DNA from: Malacoraja senta
Taxonomy: Eukaryota
Direction: 5' to 3'
NCBI GenBank assembly: GCA_038087875.1
Contig: JAXLNO010000192.1
Coordinates: forward strand, 1 to 46,891
DNA length: 46,891 nt
Below, piece by piece: positions 23,119 through 33,877 of this stretch. Both the position numbers and the translations under genes were made by a program. The notes beneath the pieces are model-generated. The model did no database searches. It was not told where the DNA came from and saw only the letters and a list, made by a program, of their open reading frames with translations. Every line of letters starts with the position of its first letter. Positions within the stretch are counted from its first letter, which is position 1.

Positions 23119-23717
23119 GGAGAGCCGAGACTGCCTAGAAACATTTGACCTTTGATCCTGGTCCGGCATCGCACTGCTTACACCCAAAGGATCATCGCTA
23201 CCGTTTTGAACCATGTTCTGACATTTATTTGATTTAGATCACACACTGACATTTATACATAAAACGAGAAAGAAAATTGCGTGAAACAAAAGCAGGAAAG
23301 ATGAATTAAAACACCCAGTAAGGAAGACAGCATCTGTGGAAGGGTCGTTGTCCTGACATGTTAACTTTTGTCTCTATTTCCACAGACGCAAACCGACCTG
23401 CGGAATATTTCCAGCAGTTTTTATTTTTTAATTAATTTTAATTTTATTTACTTGGAAGATTTCCGTGCAGCGCTGAGTTCAATATTACTGCACACCTGAG
23501 CTCTATCCGAGCTTATCCACATCTCACTGCTATATCACACCGTGAAGTCCCTTCTGTAAGTGGCACCCCTTTAAAGCCACTCCATCCTTCAGAACATTCT
23601 AAGTTCCATTACATTGCCATTCGAAATGTGACTTATTTACAAGTTATTCAAATATTCCCCACATGATCAAAACGTTTGCACATTTTATAAGTTTCTTTAA
23701 AAAGTTAATTAAATGGT

Positions 23718-23815
23718 CGAAGATAAACACAAAAAGCTGGAGCAACTCAGCGGGACAGGCAGCATCTCTGGAGAGAAGGAATGGTGACGTTTCGGGTCGA
23801 GTCCCTTCTTCAGAC
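23718..23815 (-). mobile_element. Solo PLE pLTR fragment with hammerhead motif
   Basis: Minus strand reads gtctgaagaagggactcgacccgaaacgtcacc (23783-23815). Confidence 0.75.
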
Positions 23816-24037
23816 ATCGATATATAATAAAACAAGTTATCTCCCAGTGGCCAACTTCCCCCTGTCCTCCGTCACCGCTCCCAGCTGGCCGGCAGGAGCT
23901 GTGCATGGAGCCCGCCACCGGAGTCGTGTCTGACTGCCTGGGCAGCCTGAGGGAGGAAGATGCACCCTGCACGGGAGAGGCCGCGGAGAGACTGCGGGGG
24001 GAGTACCTCACTCTGACTGTGATAGGGAGGGACAGAG

Positions 24038-24748
24038 GCGCACACACACACACACACACACACAGTGTGGAGATCCTCTGACTGACTGACTGTGTGTGGG
24101 TGTGGGGGGGGTGGGACAGAGAGAGAGAGAGACACACACACACAGGCAGCGTGGAGTACCTTTAACTGTGTGTGTGGGTGAGAGAGACAGAGGCAGACAC
24201 ACACACACACAACGGGCAGTGTGTACCTCTGTGTGTGTGTGTAGGGGAGAGAGACACACAGAGACAGTGTGGACCTCTGACTGCATATGAAGGAGAGGGG
24301 GAGAGAGACAGAGAGAGAGAGGCACAGAGGCAGTGTGGTGTACTTCGGCGTGACTGTGGGGGAGAGAGAAAGAGCGCACAGGACCTCGGTCTATCTGTGT
24401 GTGTGGGAGGGAAGAGAGACTAAGCAGAATACATCGGTCTTATTGTGTGTGGGGGGAGAAAGAGAGAGGTGGGGGGAGAAATAGAGCGGTGGGGGGGAAG
24501 AGAGAAATGGGGGGAGAAAGAGAGGTGGGGGGCGGGGGGAAGAGAGAAATGGGGGGGGGGGAGACGTATATACACACAAAGCAGAGTTTTACTGTGTATG
24601 TGGGAGACACAGATGGACTTACACAGATAGACGTACCTCGGTCTTACTGTGTGTGGGAGAGGTGGAGAAAGAGACGTACACTCACAGAGGCAGAGTCTCT
24701 CAGCCTGTGTGAGAGGGAGGGAAGGAGAGAGAGACACACACACACAAG
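24038..24748. repeat. Compound CA/GA/GT microsatellite-rich tract
   Basis: Alternating (CA)n, (GA)n, (GT)n and G-runs. Confidence 0.85.
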
Positions 24749-25271
24749 GTGGATGTGAAATCTCACCTGCCTGTTTCAGTGACCGGCACCCTGCCGCTAG
24801 TGAATGAAGACACCCTCATCTGTCTCCCCCTCCTCTCCCTCCTCTCTCCTCCACCCCCCCCCTCCCTCCCTGCTCCAACCCCCCACTCCCCCCCAATTTG
24901 GAAATGTCATCCCATCACCCATTCCTTCTCTCCAGAGATGCTGCCTGCCCGCTGAGTTAAAGAGTTCCCACGGTAGACTCACGAGTCACTAAGGTAAACG
25001 CACGGGCCACTGCCTTCTTACAACGTGTTTAAATGTTTCTAATTTTTAACCTCAAGAGTACATTTTACTCGTGGAAAAGTTTAAACATGTTTGAACTTTT
25101 TCAAGAGTTAACAAGTTTCACGGGTACCTGCCGTTAGCGCCACGAGTCGCTAAGTTGCGTCCACGAGTTCCGACGTTCCCGCTACGTTAATTGTACATGA
25201 TTACCACGAGTTAAATTTGTTTTAAACTCGGGGTCACTCGTGGGTCAGCTCGCACAGTGAGCCAGGGGTTT

Positions 25272-25430
25272 CTGGAGAAACTCAGCGGGTGAGGCAGCTT
25301 CTATGGAGAAACTCAGCGGGTGAGGCAGCTTCTATGGAGAAACTCAGCGGGTGAGGCAGCTTCTATGGAGAAACTCAGCGGGTGAGGCAGCTTCTATGGA
25401 GAAAAGGAGGAGGCAACGTTCCGGGTCGAA
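25272..25430 (-). repeat. 31-bp tandem repeat (x4) derived from PLE pLTR
   Basis: ctatggagaaactcagcgggtgaggcagctt repeated, ending in ggcaacgttccgggtcg. Confidence 0.85.
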
Positions 25431-25577
25431 TGGAATAAATGTTTGAGCAACTGTCTGCTGGGGTGCTGGTGTCTGGAGATGACCAACACCTCTCTCAATC
25501 CCCCCCCAACAACAATGGTCATGTTGTCAAGAGTGGTTTATGTCCAATGTCCCAGATAGAACAATGACATTCCTACT

Positions 25578-25936
25578 TCATAAGTGATAGGAGCAGAATT
25601 AGGCCATTCGGCCCATCAAGTCTACTCCACCATTCAATCATGGCTGATCTATCTCTCCCTCCTAACCCTATTCTCCTGCCTTCTCCCCATAACACCCGTA
25701 CTAATCGAGAATCTTATCTATCTCTGACTTAAAAATATCCACTGACTTGGCCTCCACAGCCTTCTGTGGCAAAGAATTCCACAGATTCACCACCCTCTGA
25801 CTAAAGAAATTCCTCCTCATCTCCTTCCTAAAGGAACGTCCTTTAATTCTGAGGCTGTGACCTTTAGTCCTAGACTCTCCCACTGGCGGAATCATCCTCT
25901 CCACATCCATTCTATCCAGGCCTTTCACTATTCTGT
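25578..25936 (-). mobile_element. CR1 LINE 3' fragment
   Basis: The C-terminal part of ORF 25701-26042 matches CR1 ORF2; 3' tail present. Confidence 0.9.
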
Positions 25937-25974
25937 AAGCAGCAGCACAACAGAATATGTGAACTAATGAAAAA

Positions 25975-26168
25975 GGATGCTGGTTTAAACCAAAGATAGA
26001 CACAAACTGCTGTAGTAACTCAGCGGGGACAGGCAGCATCACTGGAGAGAAGGAATGGGTGATGTTTCGGGTTGAGAAGGGCTCGTTCAGACTGAAACAT
26101 CACCCATTCCTTCTCTCCATGGATGCTGCCTGACCCGCTGAGTTACTCCAGCGTCTTGTGTCTATCTT
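25975..26168. mobile_element. Inverted pair of PLE pLTR fragments
   Basis: gagagaaggaatgggtgatgtttc...gaaacatcacccattccttctctc arranged head-to-head. Confidence 0.75.
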
Positions 26169-26573
26169 CTATCATATATATATATATATATATAATCTGT
26201 AAATGGGAACGGGAGAGCATTCTCAGAGACGCTCACACAGATACAACAGGCATTAGATTGGCACTGGTCTGCTTCACCATCACAGGCCAAGTGAACAACT
26301 CCTGCAGCCCACACACAATTAATTCATGTGTAAGTCACTTCATTGACTCGTCCAGCCACATTTGTCATGGTGAAAGATTGAATAGGTTATTCAGTTCTTG
26401 GAAACAATTCCCTCACATATCCCAGGAAAATGCTGTGCCAGTGATTCTCGTTGGTGTTGCTGGGTAAAGCTTTGCAGTCACATATTCTGCCTGCCAGTAA
26501 TATTGAAACATAGACGAACACAATCCTTTATAGACTTTTCAAAGCCTTTTCTGTTGTATATTATGACAAGTAA

Positions 26574-26686
26574 TGGGGATATGGGGAGAAGGCAGGAACG
26601 GGGAACTGATTGGGGATGATCAGCCATGGTCACATTGAATGGCGGTGCTGGCTCAAAGGCTGAATGGCCTACTCCTGCACCTATTG
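26574..26686 (+). mobile_element. CR1 3' tail directly upstream of the long CR1
   Basis: ggggatatggggagaaggcagg...cctactcctgcacctattg. Confidence 0.85.
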
Positions 26687-29600
26687 CATCTGGCAGGCAG
26701 GTTTGCCACTGCTACACGGGTGTTTTAAACTGAATAAGGGGGGTGGGGTGTCGAATGGGATAGTGGAGGATGGAGTTAAAGGGAAAGGGTTCTTAAATGT
26801 GTGAGCGTAGAGACAGAGGGTGTAAAATGAGGGTAGAAGCAATAGGTAGCAAGGTGAAAAGTAAAAGTGGAAGACAGACAAAACCAGGGCAAAAATCAAA
26901 AAGGGCCACTTTTCAACATAATTGTATAAGGGGTAAAAGTGTTGTAAAAACAAGCCTGAAGGCTTTGTGTCTCAATGCAAGGAGCATTCGTAATAAGGTG
27001 GATGAGTTGAATGTGCAGATAGCTATTAATGACTATGATATAGTTGGAATCACGGAGATATGGCTCCAGGGTGACCAAGGCTGGGAGCTGAACATCCAGG
27101 GATATTCAATATTCAGGAGGGATAGAGAGAAAGGAAAAGGAGGTGGGGTAGCGTTGCTGATTAGAGAGGAGATTAACGCTGTGGAAAGGAAGGACATTAG
27201 TTTCGAGGATGTGGAATCGGTATGGGTAGAGCTGCGAAACACTAAGGGGCAGAAAACGCTGGTGGGTGTTGTGTACAGGCCAGCTAACAGTAGTAGTGAA
27301 GTTGGGGATGGCATCAAACAGGAAATTAGAAATGCGTGCAACAAAGGCAAAACAGTTATAATGGGTAACTTCAATCTTCATATAGATTGGGTGAATCAAA
27401 TTGGCAGGGGTGCTGAGGAAGAGGATTTCTTGGAATGTATGCGGGATATTTATCTAAACCAACATGTAGAGGAACCAACGAGAGAGCAGGCTATTTTAGA
27501 CTGGGTATTGAGTAATGAGGAAGGGTTAGTTAGCAGTCTTGTTGTACGTGCCCCCTTGGGCAAGAGTGACCATAATATAGTTGAGTTCTTCATTAGGATG
27601 GAGAGTGACATTGTTAATTCAGAAACAATGGTTCTGAACTTAAAGAAAGGTAACTTTGAGGGTATGAGACGTGAATTGGCCAAGATTGACTGGCAATTAA
27701 TTCTAAAAGGGTTGACGGTGGATGTGCAATGGAAGACATTTAAAGACTGCATGGATGAACTACAAAAATTGTTCATCCCAGTTTGGCAAAAGAATAAATC
27801 AGGGAAGGTAGTGTATCCGTGGATAACAAGGGAAATCAGGGATGGTACCAAAGCGAAGGATGATGCGTACAAATTAGCCAGAAAAAGCAGCATACCAGAG
27901 GACTGGGAGAAATTCAGAGACCAGCAGAGGAGGACAAAGGGCTTAATTAGGAAAGGAAAAATAGATTATGAAAGAAAACTGGCAGGGAACATAAAAACTG
28001 ACTGCAAAAGTTGTTATAGATATGTGAAGAGAAAGAGATTAGTTAAAACAAATGTAGGTCCCTTGCAGTCAGAAACAGGTGAATTGATCATGGGGAACAA
28101 GGATATGGCGGACCAATTGAATAACTACTTTGGTTCCGTCTTCACTGAGGAAGACATAAATAATCTGCCGGAAATAGCAGGGGACCGCGGGTCAAAGGAG
28201 TTGGAGGAATTGGGTGAAATCCAGGTTAGTCGGGAAGTGGTGTTGGGTAAATTGAATGGATTAAAGGCCGATAATTCCCCAGGGCCAGATAAGTTGCATC
28301 CCAGAGTACTTAAGGAAGTAGCTCCAGAAATAGTGGATGCATTAGTAATAATCTTTCAAAACTCTTTAGATTCTGGAGTAGTTCCTGAGGATTGGCGGGT
28401 AGCAAACGTAACCCCACTTTTTAAGAAGGGAGGGAGAGAGAAAACGGGGAATTACAGAGCAGTTAGTCTAACGTCGGTAGTGGGGAAACTGCTAGAGTCA
28501 GTTATTAAAGATGGGATAGCAGCACATTTGGAAAGTGGTGAAATCATTGGACAAAGTCAGCATGGATTTAAGAAAGGTAAATCATGTCTGACGAATCTTA
28601 TAGAATTTTTCAAGGATGTAACTAGTTGCGTGGATAGGGGAGAACAAGTGGATGTGGTGTATCTGGACTTCCAGAAGGCTTTCGACAAGGTCCCACATAA
28701 GAGATTAGTATACAAACTTAAAGCACATGGCATTGGGGGTTCAGTATTGATGTGGATAGAGAACTGGCTGGCAAACAGGAAGCAAAGAGTAGGAGTAAAC
28801 GGGTCCTTTTCACAATGGCAGGCAGTGACTAGTGGGGTACCGCAAGGCTCAGTGCTGGGACCCCAGCTATTTACAATATCTATTAATGATCTGGATGAGG
28901 GAATTGAAGGCAATATCTCCAAGTTTGCAGATGACACTAAGCTGGGGGGCAGTGTTAGCTGTGAGGAGGATGCTAGGAGACTGCAAGGTGACTTGGATAG
29001 GCTGGGTGAGTGGGCAAATGTTTGGCAGATGCAGTATAATGTGGATAAATGTGAGGTTATCCATTTTGGTGGCAAAAACAGGAAAGCAGACTATTATCTA
29101 AATGGTGGCCGACTAGGAAAAGGGGAGATGCAGCGACACCTGGGTGTCATGGTACACCAGTCATTGAAAGTAGGCATGCAGGTGCAGCAGGCAGTGAAGA
29201 AAGCGAATGGTATGTTAGCTTTCATAGCAAAAGGATTTGAGTATAGGAGCAGGGAGGTTCTACTGCAGTTGTACAGGGTCTTGGTGAGACCACACCTGGA
29301 GTATTGCATACAGTTTTGGTCTCCAAATCTGAGGAAGGATATTATTGCCATAGAGGGAGTGCAGAGAAGGTTCACCAGACTGATTCCTGGGATGTCAGGA
29401 CTGTCTTATGAAGAAAGACTGGATAGACTTGGCTTATACTCACTAGAATTTAGGAGATTGAGAGGGGATCTTATAGAAACGTACAAAATTCTTAAGGGGT
29501 TGGACAGGCTAGATGCAGGAAGATTGTTCCCGATGTTGGGGAAGTCCAGGACAAGGGTTCACAGCTTAAGGATAAGGGGGATATCCTTTAAAACCGAGAT

Positions 29601-29853
29601 GAGAAGAACTTTTTTCACACAGAGAGTGGTGAATCTCTGGAACTCTCTGCCACAGAGGGTAGTCGAGGCCAGTTCATTGGCTATATTTAAGAGGGAATTA
29701 GATGTGGCCCTTGTAGCTAAAGAGATCAGAGGGTATGGAGAGAAGGCAGGTACAGGATACCGAGTTGGATAATCAGCCATGATCATATTGAATGGCGGTG
29801 CAGGCTCGAAGGGCCGAATGGCCTACTCCTGCACCTAATTTCTATGTTTCTAT
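26687..29853 (+). mobile_element. Long CR1-clade LINE: last codons of ORF1, complete ORF2, 3'UTR
   Basis: LAGRFATATRV at about 26690-26725 resembles the C-terminus of CR1 esterase-type ORF1; complete ORF2; 3' end in (tttctatg)2. Confidence 0.92.
26797..29772 (+). CDS. CR1 LINE ORF2: APE-like endonuclease plus reverse transcriptase (991 aa)
   Basis: EN motifs LNARS, GITEIW, YRP, GNFN (normally GDFN), LDWVL, SDH; RT motifs QHGF..GKSCLTNL, YLDFQKAFD, GVPQGSVLGP, FADD; no stops or frameshifts. Confidence 0.93.
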   Translation: MCERRDRGCKMRVEAIGSKVKSKSGRQTKPGQKSKRATFQHNCIRGKSVVKTSLKALCLNARSIRNKVDELNVQIAINDYDIVGITEIWLQGDQGWELNIQGYSIFRRDREKGKGGGVALLIREEINAVERKDISFEDVESVWVELRNTKGQKTLVGVVYRPANSSSEVGDGIKQEIRNACNKGKTVIMGNFNLHIDWVNQIGRGAEEEDFLECMRDIYLNQHVEEPTREQAILDWVLSNEEGLVSSLVVRAPLGKSDHNIVEFFIRMESDIVNSETMVLNLKKGNFEGMRRELAKIDWQLILKGLTVDVQWKTFKDCMDELQKLFIPVWQKNKSGKVVYPWITREIRDGTKAKDDAYKLARKSSIPEDWEKFRDQQRRTKGLIRKGKIDYERKLAGNIKTDCKSCYRYVKRKRLVKTNVGPLQSETGELIMGNKDMADQLNNYFGSVFTEEDINNLPEIAGDRGSKELEELGEIQVSREVVLGKLNGLKADNSPGPDKLHPRVLKEVAPEIVDALVIIFQNSLDSGVVPEDWRVANVTPLFKKGGREKTGNYRAVSLTSVVGKLLESVIKDGIAAHLESGEIIGQSQHGFKKGKSCLTNLIEFFKDVTSCVDRGEQVDVVYLDFQKAFDKVPHKRLVYKLKAHGIGGSVLMWIENWLANRKQRVGVNGSFSQWQAVTSGVPQGSVLGPQLFTISINDLDEGIEGNISKFADDTKLGGSVSCEEDARRLQGDLDRLGEWANVWQMQYNVDKCEVIHFGGKNRKADYYLNGGRLGKGEMQRHLGVMVHQSLKVGMQVQQAVKKANGMLAFIAKGFEYRSREVLLQLYRVLVRPHLEYCIQFWSPNLRKDIIAIEGVQRRFTRLIPGMSGLSYEERLDRLGLYSLEFRRLRGDLIETYKILKGLDRLDAGRLFPMLGKSRTRVHSLRIRGISFKTEMRRTFFTQRVVNLWNSLPQRVVEASSLAIFKRELDVALVAKEIRGYGEKAGTGYRVG

Positions 29854-30040
29854 GATGTTGGGCCAGTACAAGCTCCCTGGTCCAGTGGAGTAACTGTCAC
29901 TGCGGCTGCCCAATTGGGGAGATGGATCAACTCTTGGTCATTTCAGTTCCCTTTGTGGCCACAGACTTTAACCAATGTGAACAGGACAATGCCACAGCTG
30001 ATGCAGTGGTGATTGCCGCTAACATAGGACCTCAGTGTGA

Positions 30041-30160
30041 AGAAGGGTATCGGCCCGAAACGTTGCCTATTTCCTTCGCTCCATGGATGCTGCCGCACCC
30101 GCTGAGTTTCTCCAGCATTTCTGTCTACCTTCGATTTTCCAGCATCTGCAGTTCCTTCTT
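30041..30160 (+). mobile_element. Solo PLE pLTR fragment (second subfamily) with 14-bp TSD
   Basis: ggacctcagtgtga at 30027-30040 and 30161-30174; internal agaagggtatcggcccgaaacgttgcc...gcatctgcagttccttctt. Confidence 0.8.
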
Positions 30161-30404
30161 GGACCTCAGTGTGACTTGCACAAGAGGCTATTTAAACCTG
30201 TGCCTTATTCAGCCAGCTCCAGCTGAACTGTCGGCCAGTCACGCCTTTGTGCTTTTCACAACAGTTTGGTCTATTTTGGTTCAGCTGCTTTACAGAGTTC
30301 AGTTCTGCATTTACCCGAGGGTGGGGCGTGAGAAGAGACAGCAGCCATCTTCACAGAAAGACAAGAGGCAGTTACATGGAAACAAGTTCCTTAAACTTGG
30401 AGAT

Positions 30405-30750
30405 TGACACAGAGTGCTGGAGTAACTCAGCGGGTCAGGCAGCATCTGTGGAGAACATGGATAGGTGACGTTTCACAGAGTGCTGGAGTAACTCAGCGGG
30501 TCAGGCAGCATCTGTGGAGAACATGGATAGGTGATATTTCAGGTCAACCCTTCTTCAGACTGAATGTATTAGTGGGGGGGGGGGGAGAAAGCTGGAAGAG
30601 AGGACGGCAAGTGATAGGTGGATACAGGTGAAGGTGGGGTGGGGGGAGAGGGTTGATCAGCAGATGGTTGGACAAAGGCCAGAGATGAGAAGACAAGAAG
30701 TGTAACAAAAGATGTCCTTTCACCTCTGACCTTTGTCCTATCATTGTAGG
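30405..30750 (-). mobile_element. PLE pLTR fragment with two 66-bp units and extended upstream part
   Basis: Two units, then cccttcttcagactga and a purine-rich segment analogous to the antisense of 19960-20055. Confidence 0.7.
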
Positions 30751-30989
30751 CTTGATCTACAGGAAGACGTTGGCTAGGCAAGGACTTTATTCCTTGGAGA
30801 TTGCGTTTCTGTACAATCCAAACATGGATTTATTTCACAATGGAACTCCCAATAACCCTCCCCCAATCGGAGTGTTCCTGGGTCCCTGAATCAATGGGAA
30901 GGTTATAACCTATCCAAGGAGACCTGGAGAACATCCTTGACTCTCTTGCCCGCTCCTCTTGTCAGCAAGTTCACGACTCCAACCCATTC

Positions 30990-31519
30990 ACCACAGAAAG
31001 CATTTTTATCAGGAATCATCACAGCATGGTTTGGGAACAGCTCCATCCAAGACCGCTAGAAATTGCAGAGAATTGTGGACGCAGCCCAGACCATCACACA
31101 AACCGACCTCCCTTCCATTGACTCCACCTACACCTCACGCTGCCTCGGCAAGGCCAGCAGCATAATCAAGGACCAGTCGCACCCTGGCCACTCCCTCTTC
31201 TCCCCTCTCCCATCAGGCAAATGGTACAGAAGTGTGAAAACGCACACCTCCATATTCAGGGACAGTTTCTTCCCAGCTGTTATCAGGCAACTGAACCATC
31301 CTACCACAACTAGAGAGCAGTGCTGAACTACTATCTACCTCATTAGTGACCCTCGGACTTTGCTGGCTTGACCTTGCACTAAACGTTATTCCCTTGTCAT
31401 GTATCTGTACACTGTGAATGGATCGTTGTAATCACGTATTGTCTTTCCGCTGACTGGTTAGCACGCAACAAAAAGCTTTACATTGTACCTCGGTACACGT
31501 GACAATAAACTGAACTGAA
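30990..31519 (+). mobile_element. Rex1/Babar LINE 3' fragment
   Basis: ITAWFGN...LQRIVDAAQTIT...LPSI...RCLGKASSIIKD.SHPGHSLFSPLPSG..YRS...SFFPAVIRQLN is a typical Rex1 C-terminus; 3'UTR ends caataaactgaactgaa. Confidence 0.85.
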
Positions 31520-31934
31520 GTGATGGCCAGTTTAGTCCTGCTTCTGCTTGTTAGCGCCACAGTTTACAGATGGTCAAACATTCGGAAGACCAATGGCATT
31601 CAGTCTCAATCCAAAATTGAAATGAAGGAACTCAACGAAGAAGCTATTCCCCAATGCAGAGTTTTAAAAATAGAATTGCACCAGCTCCAGTGGAAGACAA
31701 TTAGACGCAGAATGATGGAGGTAGCAGCTGTTCAGTGTCATTGGCCCAGGCGCACTGATTCAGTAATCTGTGTTTTATTGGGTAAAAGCAAATAAGGATC
31801 ATTTTCATGGCTTCAGTCACACTGAAGTTCCAAAGTGTGAGGGTGAGGGCTGTGGCATAACATGTACAGAGACCCCAACAGTCACGTCACATTTATTAGC
31901 TGCTGCCAAAACCATCAATGTGATAGTCCAATGA

Positions 31935-33112
31935 TAGACACAGAATACTGCAGTAACTCAGCGGGTCAGGCAGCATCTGTGGAGAACATGGATAGGTGAC
32001 GTTTCACAGAGTGCTGGAGTAACTCAGCGGGTCATAGATACATAGATACATAGAAAATAGGTGCAGGAGTAGGCCATTCGGCCCTTCGAGCCTGCACCGC
32101 CATTCAATATGATCATGGCTGATCATCCAACTCAGTATCCCGTACCTGCCTTCTCTCCATACCCCCTGATCCCTTTAGCCGCAAGGGCCACATCTAACTC
32201 CCTCTTAAATATAGCCAATGAACTGGCCTCAACTACCCTCTGTGGCAGAGAGTTCCAGAGATTCACCACTCTCTGTGTGAAAAAGTTTTTTCTCATCTCG
32301 GTCTTAAAGGATTTCCCCCTTATCCTTAAGCTGTGACCCCTTGTCCTGGACTTCCCCAACATCGGGAACAATCTTCCTGCATCTAGCCTGTCCAACCCCA
32401 TAAGAATTTTGTACGTTTCTATAAGATCCCCTCTCAATCTCCTAAATTCTAGCGAGTATAAGCCAAGTCTATCCAGTCTTTCTTCATATGAAAGTCCTGA
32501 CATCCCAGGAATCAGTCTGGTGAACCTTCTCTGTACTCCCTCTATGGCTATAATGTCCTTCCTCAGATTTGGAGACCAAAACTGTACGCAATACTCCAGG
32601 TGTGGTCTCACCAAGACCCTGTACAACTGCAGTAGAACCTCCCTGCTCCTATACTCAAATCCTCTTGCTATGAAGGCCAACATACCATTCGCTTTCTTCA
32701 CTGCCTGCTGCACCTGCATGCCTACTTTAAATGACTGGTGTACCATGACACCCAGGTCTCGCTGCATCTCCCCATTTCCTAATCGGCCACCATTTAGATA
32801 ATAGTCTGCCTTCCCGTTTTTGCCACCAAAGTGGATAACCTCACATTTATCCACAGGGTCAGGCAGCATCTGTGGAGAACATGGATAGGTGACGTTTCAC
32901 AGAGTGCTGGAGTAACTCAGCGGGACAGGCAGCATCTCTGGACAGAGGGAATGGGTGACGTTTCAGGTCCAGACCCTTCTTCAGACTCTCGGGTCTCAAC
33001 CCGACTCTCCACCCATTCCTTCCCTCCAGAGATGCCGCCTGTCCCGCTGAGTCACTCCAGCATTTTGTGTCTATCTTCGGTTTAAACCAGCATCGGCAGT
33101 TCCTTCCTACAC
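31935..33112 (-). mobile_element. PLE-derived 66-bp array and inverted pLTR pair, split by a CR1 insertion
   Basis: Units at 31935-32034 and 32856-32940; hammerhead motif on the minus strand at 32955-32986; forward pLTR piece at about 32990-33112. Confidence 0.8.
32035..32855 (-). mobile_element. 5'-truncated CR1 LINE, 6-bp TSD GGGTCA
   Basis: ORF 32132-32869 matches the C-terminal about 240 aa of ORF2; TSD at 32029-32034 / 32856-32861. Confidence 0.92.
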
Positions 33113-33523
33113 AGAATGATATCCCAGCAGGGAATGAAAGAGCAGGTAGACTTTTTGCTGCACAAATCATGTACAACAAAGCAGCTGAGAGGTTTTGCTT
33201 TGCTCAGAGCTAACATTGCAGATGGCCACAGGGGACTTGGCAGCTGAAAGACACTTCTATCAAACGTCAACCAGCAACTGGATTACCACAGTGACTGTGA
33301 CGGATCTGACATTGGGATGGCAGCAAGATGCACAAGGCACTCGTTACAAAGCGCCTGTACATTCTTGGCCATTCACTTCCCATTTACTGCCTCAGATAAA
33401 ATCCCATCAATGGCCCGGTGTAACCACTCGCACTTTAATCCAGTTACATGTGGAGACAACAGGCTGCAGTTTCTCAAGTGGCTTTACTGCTAAACGATAG
33501 TCTCAGGGGCTCATCACTTCCAA

Positions 33524-33682
33524 TATATACACACGCACACGCACAAACACGTACATACATACACTCATATGCACGCACACACATGCATACATACTCATAC
33601 ACACATACATCCACACTCATATACACACACACACATATACACACGCACACGCATACATACACACACACACACACACATATAT
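33524..33682. repeat. Degenerate (CA/TA)n microsatellite
   Basis: Direct repeats. Confidence 0.9.
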
Positions 33683-33779
33683 AGTTGACAGCATTGTAGC
33701 ACATCAGTTCCACAGACAAAGTCCAATGTCCGCAATGGGGTAGAGGTGGATCGGACGGTACCCTAGCTTATGGAAGGAC

Positions 33780-33872
33780 TGTACAGGGATTGTACTCATG
33801 TTTAGAATTTCTGCTGACTGGATAGCAGGCAACAAGTAGTCACTCGGTACACATGACAATAAACTCAACTAA
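33780..33872 (+). mobile_element. Rex1/Babar 3'UTR fragment
   Basis: ctgctgactggatagca...ctcggtacacatgacaataaact. Confidence 0.65.
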
Positions 33873-33877
33873 GCACA

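Larger units (their letters stand above)
22667..25269. mobile_element. Putative PIF/Harbinger-like DNA transposon ends (TIR pair)
   Basis: 33-bp inverted repeats at 22667-22699 / 25237-25269 (28/33 match); both arms (22667-22875, 24955-25269) are rich in ctcgtg/cacgag/gagtt subterminal motifs. Confidence 0.55.

Noticed and set aside
27033..29786. Multiple antisense and alternate-frame ORFs over the long CR1
   Set aside because: Shadow ORFs of ORF2, reproduced in the sister copies.
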